64,000 nt of DNA from Eledone cirrhosa (lineage: Eukaryota): NCBI GenBank assembly GCA_964016885.1, contig OZ024742.1, forward strand, positions 273,296,001 to 273,360,000, given 5' to 3'. The notes beneath the pieces were generated by a model. It saw only the letters and a list, made by a program, of their open reading frames with translations, was not told the DNA's origin and did no database searches. The translations under genes were made by a program, and so were the position numbers. Below are positions 59,081 to 64,000 of the stretch, piece by piece; position 1 is the first letter of the stretch; each line of letters begins with the position of its first letter.

Positions 59081-59301
59081 ACACGCATTAGTTGTATTTC
59101 TTTTTCTGTTCATATAGATTGTTGTATGTATTTTTTTATATATTAGTGAACGTTGAAAATATTTTCGCTTCTTTTCTGTTAGGTATGAAATTATTTCTTA
59201 CAAAATTATGGATTGAATTTTGAAAACAGAACTGCTTCAGGGTAAATGATCTGATGGTATTTAAACAAATATGCACATACGCATACAACCCCAACAGATT
59301 C

Positions 59302-59342
<41 letters not shown>

Positions 59343-59959
59343 TGGGCATGTATGTCTGTGTCTGTGAGTTATATGCACGTGTATTCGCATGAATAATTCA
59401 ACATACATGTGCTTTTTTAATTTTCTTTCTTTCATTTCTATTTCATATTGATCTTATTTATCTTTTTATTTCTCCCTTCATTACTCCTTGCCTATTCTGA
59501 TGAGAGATTAGTTCCGAAACTTTAAAACACTTTTCATACTAAACCAATTGCTAAACAACTAGATATTATCATTGACTATAGATTTTGCTTTGCTCTTTTC
59601 TGTTGGCATTTCAACAGTACTGGCAACACTGATATATTCATAGAGGAAAATAGAGAAAAATAATAATTTCGCTAAGAAAAAAAATGTTTCTTTGATAGTG
59701 AGCTAGGCAAATATTCATTTGCAAATAGTGCGAAGGTGGAAGGTTATATTTAATTGGCAGTAGTGATATGACAATTTTCTAAAACGATAAAGTTATAATT
59801 GAAAGCAGATATAAACATATACTATGCGTTTAACGTATAGTATATGTTTATACCCCCTAACATTTTGTTTCGAAGCTCAACATGTCTTAAATGAGATATG
59901 AACAAAAAAAAACTATGTCTCGAAACTAAGAGATTACTGGACGCTAGTAGTTAGATTTG

Positions 59960-61335
59960 CATCAGAAATCGAAGAGAAAGCTCACTCTATCAGCCCCTTC
60001 AAGTGTGATAATTTCCTGCTGATCCCTATACATAGCCAAATATGTAACAAAAGTTACAGTAAAAGTAACAAAATGTTCCGCTTAAGATGAAAATCCCCTA
60101 GCTAGTAGCAGCCATCGTGTAGGACGTAGCAGATATTGAAAAGGTCCTCCAACTTCAAACATCGTGTCAGGAGAGCTGGGGTGATTTGGGGGGTGAAACT
60201 TCTGCTCCAAATGAATCAGGAAAAGCTAAGAAAGACTCCTGATATATTGAGTTGCCAAATGGCACACAACTGTTTATAGCTCTGGATTGGAGATGGCCAC
60301 GATGTTAAATATACACTAAACAAGGAATAAAAAAACGCCAATCCACACTATTAATAACAACTAAACCGCAGCAACAACACCAACAACAGCAACAAACACG
60401 ACAGAGCCTGAAGCCGCAGCAACACTACCAGTATCAACATCCATGTGCGTGGAAAGCATGCCCCTACACGACGTCACAGAATTTGATACAAATCATGAAG
60501 AGGGTGAGGAGTGGAATACTGTCTTTCACAATAACAAAAAGAGAAAGATATTTCTGATTTCACCCTCCAAAAAGGAAAGAAAATTAACCTACCGACATGA
60601 GAAAACATGTTACCAACAACAGCAACATCACCAGCACAATAATCCCCACTTCCACCACCAGCACCACCACAACCAGCACCCCCACCACCACTATCAACAT
60701 AAACACCAGCAAGCCCGCAACCACTATGATTAACACGACCACCGACACAACAGACACTAAAATAATTCCAAACAGAACTAAATCAACACGCTGAACAACA
60801 AAAGCAAATCCAACAGAAAGATTCAACCTGCACACAACAATAAACCTGAACAAACAAAATTTAATCAACTATATAAAACATAACACAAGCATTTCAGAAA
60901 TACATCATATAACACCCAAATCAGTCACACCACCACACACATAAAAAAAATATAAGCATACACAAATATAAACATACACAAAACGTACACAAATCTAAAA
61001 ACAAAATTTCCCGAGGAGTTGGTGAATAGCGACGGACACTCAAGAAGGATATAGGGAAACATATTTGCAAACTTTCTTTCAAGAGAGGCAGTGTACATGC
61101 ACGTGGCCTGGGATCGTTTTGGAAGCAGGTTCACCTGCTCAACTACTTCAGATAACTAAACTTAGATGTGGTGGCCATCAGCGAGACCACAGTTTCCAAC
61201 GCACGAACATTTGCACCCTTCTTCGGCGGCTACGTGATGTAAGCATCTCAAATCCATCCTGTACCTGGGGGCGGATCGCTGTGCTATTTCGGAAATGCCT
61301 GGATCTTGCAATACCTTCCATCTTCGTAGAGGGTA
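59960..61335 (+). mobile_element. Tx1/L1-like remnant (decayed ORF1, low-complexity linker, APE start)
   Basis: GSFWKQVHLLN..LDVVAISET..GRIAVLFRK at about 61110-61300, homologous to the 6650 and 63700 regions. Confidence 0.7.
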
Positions 61336-61339
61336 AAAA

Positions 61340-61830
61340 TCAACATCTTTCGGTTTTTGTTGAACATGCTATTTTGACTATACTGATTAACTCTACTCTC
61401 ATATCATTTGGTTTTTGCACTTTTCGCTGACACAATGTTTTAGTTCCTCTATTACAACATTTAGCTTTGTCCTCTTCGTTGTATTTCCTTGTCAATCTAT
61501 CCCTAGTATCTACGTTTTGCAGTGTCCTATTAAATAGAGACTCAACTTTTCCGATGTCCATTCTGTTCTGTGTTCATTGATCTGACCATTTAGCCGCCTC
61601 TTCCAAAAAGATTCTGCCTTCTCTCTTCTATTTTCACTCGTCTTGATACCGAGCAATAGTTTCACCACATTTTTGGCTGCTTTATGGATGTCGTTGCACT
61701 GGTAAACATTCATCTCCTCCATTTTGTTCAATTCATTCGTCGAGTTGGTTCTTGACTCGTTCATTCTTCTTCCTCCGAAAACAGCAGTTGTTGGATGACA
61801 ACTGGGTCTCTGCTGCTGGGTCAGGGAACG
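61340..61830 (-). mobile_element. R4/Dong-like non-LTR retrotransposon N-terminal fragment
   Basis: IHKAAKNVVKLLLG..FWKRRLNGQINEHR.DIGKV resembles the recalled WKRRL..I..LR.DI motif upstream of the RT in R4/Dong elements. Confidence 0.6.
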
Positions 61831-61882
61831 CCTGTCGAGTTAGAGCCCTTTGTTATTACTATTATCATTATTATTATTATTA

Positions 61883-62075
61883 AGGGCGATGGATTGGCAG
61901 TATCGATACAGAGACGGACATCATTCTTTGAAGCATAGAGTTATGTCCCTTTATCATCTGAGTTCAAATCCCGCCGAGGTTAACTTTGCCTTTCATCCTT
62001 ACCCGGTCGATAACATAAAGTACCAGTAATGTACTGGGTAATTGCTGGTCTTGTGCCAAAAGTAGAAACAATTAT
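61883..62075 (+). mobile_element. tRNA-derived SINE (family S1) in a (TAT)n tract
   Basis: Matches the other S1 copies. Confidence 0.92.
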
Positions 62076-62759
62076 TATTATTAATATTGGTCGATGAAAC
62101 GAATGGATGTATTATCACGAGCTTGAATAACTTTGTGATTTCTTTGAGTTAAATTCCTTTTGTTATTAATATTTTTGTTGTAAAAGGGCATAAGACTTTA
62201 GACTTAACCCTCAAGAAACGACTCCCAATAGTATGTGGGCTTTTTTGTCACAAATGTTTAATCTTTGTGAGCTAAAATAGATTTATCGAGAAAAACATAT
62301 GCTGGAGCAAACGCTCCCCGTTGCTTTGAGTTTGCTGTCGTGCGACAAATGCTCAAACGTTGAGGCTTATAATGCTGCCCCTCCCCAAATACCTTTGAAA
62401 TGTAACACCACATTAGGCATTATGCTAACGACAGCACCAACAATAACAAAACCAACAACAGTGAGAACAGGAATATAAAAAAAATGACAACACAAACAAC
62501 AGCAGCAACAGTGACACCATTACTAACAGCAACACCAACAACAGTAAAAACATTTTCGTGAACAAAACCGGCAACAGAACAATTAACAACATCTACAACA
62601 ACAGCTGCCATAAGGACAACAAAAAAGAATAATACCAACCACAACATAGTTAACGAAAAACAGCAAAAGACCAACAACAAAAATATCGACAACAGCAACA
62701 ACATCAACAAAAAGAGTAGTTTCGCGGCCCCAGTAGAAAAAGGCTAAACGCTGAACGAT

Positions 62760-64000
62760 TTTGAACTTACAGAGAAATAGGAACTTTTGGCCCAAGCGGA
62801 GAAAATCATTAGAAGAGAGGAAAGCTGTGTCAATTTTCCTCTCCTTTGCTGTCAGGAGTATTGACAGCAAAGGAGAGGAAACTCTAAAATATCGATGGAT
62901 TTCAGTCAGATCTCGAAAGGCCGAGAATAACTCCAAAGGACAGGTAGAGGCAACACCGAAAAGCGTCGATAATGAAAACATAGACCATATAACAAGGGTA
63001 AAAAGATTTGGGAGCATCTTGGTGCTTTTGAAAATTGAGGCCCTTGCTATCAAGCATTCTGTGGTCCCCTACAAAACGGACCAAATAATTTTATAACCGT
63101 CCTACATGGGGAGGTGGACAGTAAGCGGCAATGTTCCCAGGATTCCACCAGGACTGGATTTATGATGGCTCCTGGGTCGCATGGCGGTAGAGGGCCCTGA
63201 CACCCTCCTCGACGTTAACTTCACAAAGAGAGAGACACAGGTGGTACGAGACAGGTTTGGGATTTTCTCCAAAGCTGACCTGAAGATATAAAGAACATCG
63301 CGGACCACATCAAGCTAGGCAAGGAGGGTAAACGGCTGCACTATTTTGTGTGTGGTGAAGTGACACACCTGATAGACATTTGCCCCCAAATGAAATCTGC
63401 CGGGAGCTGCAATCCACCGTTGCTCGCAATACCTGTGCCGGGACGAGGGACAACACCAGCAGCAACAACAACAAAACTAACAGTACCAGCAGCACCCTCA
63501 GAGAGCCACAATCACTGCAATTGGTGTGGATGCCAATACAACCGTATAAAATATTAGGTAGAGCTTCCCCTACGACGTGTGGACCCCTAAGGTAAAAGGC
63601 CCGAGTAGACTCCTAAGGGGGTTCCGAATGGAAAACTAACAAACAAACAAACCGACCCACACAAGACCCTGGGATGTAAGTAAACCTTTCCCCCGAGTTT
63701 GCCTGGAAGCAAGGTTATCTGCGCAACGACCTCAGGTATCTAGATATGGATGTAATTGCCGTCAACGAGACTAGGATTTCTGACACGCACGCACTAGTCC
63801 CAAATTCCGAGGACTATAAGATCCTCCCATCTGTTAGTCATCTGGATATAGGAGGTGGGGTGGCAGTGCTGTTTAGGAAAGGCTATGCTCTCTAGGTAAG
63901 TTCGATCTTCCGGAATGCGGAGGGTGAGTTGGTGGTCCTGGACATGTACCACAGCAAAGGTTATGCCTTTAGACTGTTGGCCGCCTACCAGTGCCGGACG
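62760..64000 (+). mobile_element. Tx1/L1-like element (ORF1 plus APE start), running off the window end
   Basis: FGSILVLLKIEALAIK, CGEVTHLIDICP knuckle and WKQGYLRNDLRYLDMDVIAVNETR..GGGVAVLFRK. Confidence 0.85.

Noticed and set aside
59490-59530. CTGATGA..GAAAC as an active hammerhead
   Set aside because: Stems I and III do not pair; at best a decayed pLTR motif.

Overview
AT-rich, microsatellite-saturated animal genomic DNA. The repeat content suggests a cephalopod/Octopus-like mollusc, but this is an inference. No host protein-coding gene can be supported. The window is a nest of mobile elements: a Gypsy LTR 5' remnant, three Tx1/L1-like remnants, two CRE-like RLE fragments, a decayed near-full-length RTE, a young 5'-truncated CR1-like LINE, an R4/Dong-like fragment, non-autonomous Helitrons, tRNA-derived SINEs and many Penelope-like elements (PLEs). 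The main signal is the PLE/hammerhead system. At least five unrelated type-I hammerhead ribozyme (HHR) families lie near element 3' ends next to (TA)n. Several occur as divergent inverted pairs with little or no coding sequence, the largest being a 7.8-kb palindrome (42213-50008) whose 3.4-kb arms each end in an HHR with a 116-nt stem II. One C-terminal-GIY-YIG PLE also has an approximately 70-aa insertion between RT motifs A and B', at the position of the telomerase IFD. All base pairing was read by eye and boundaries of decayed elements are approximate.
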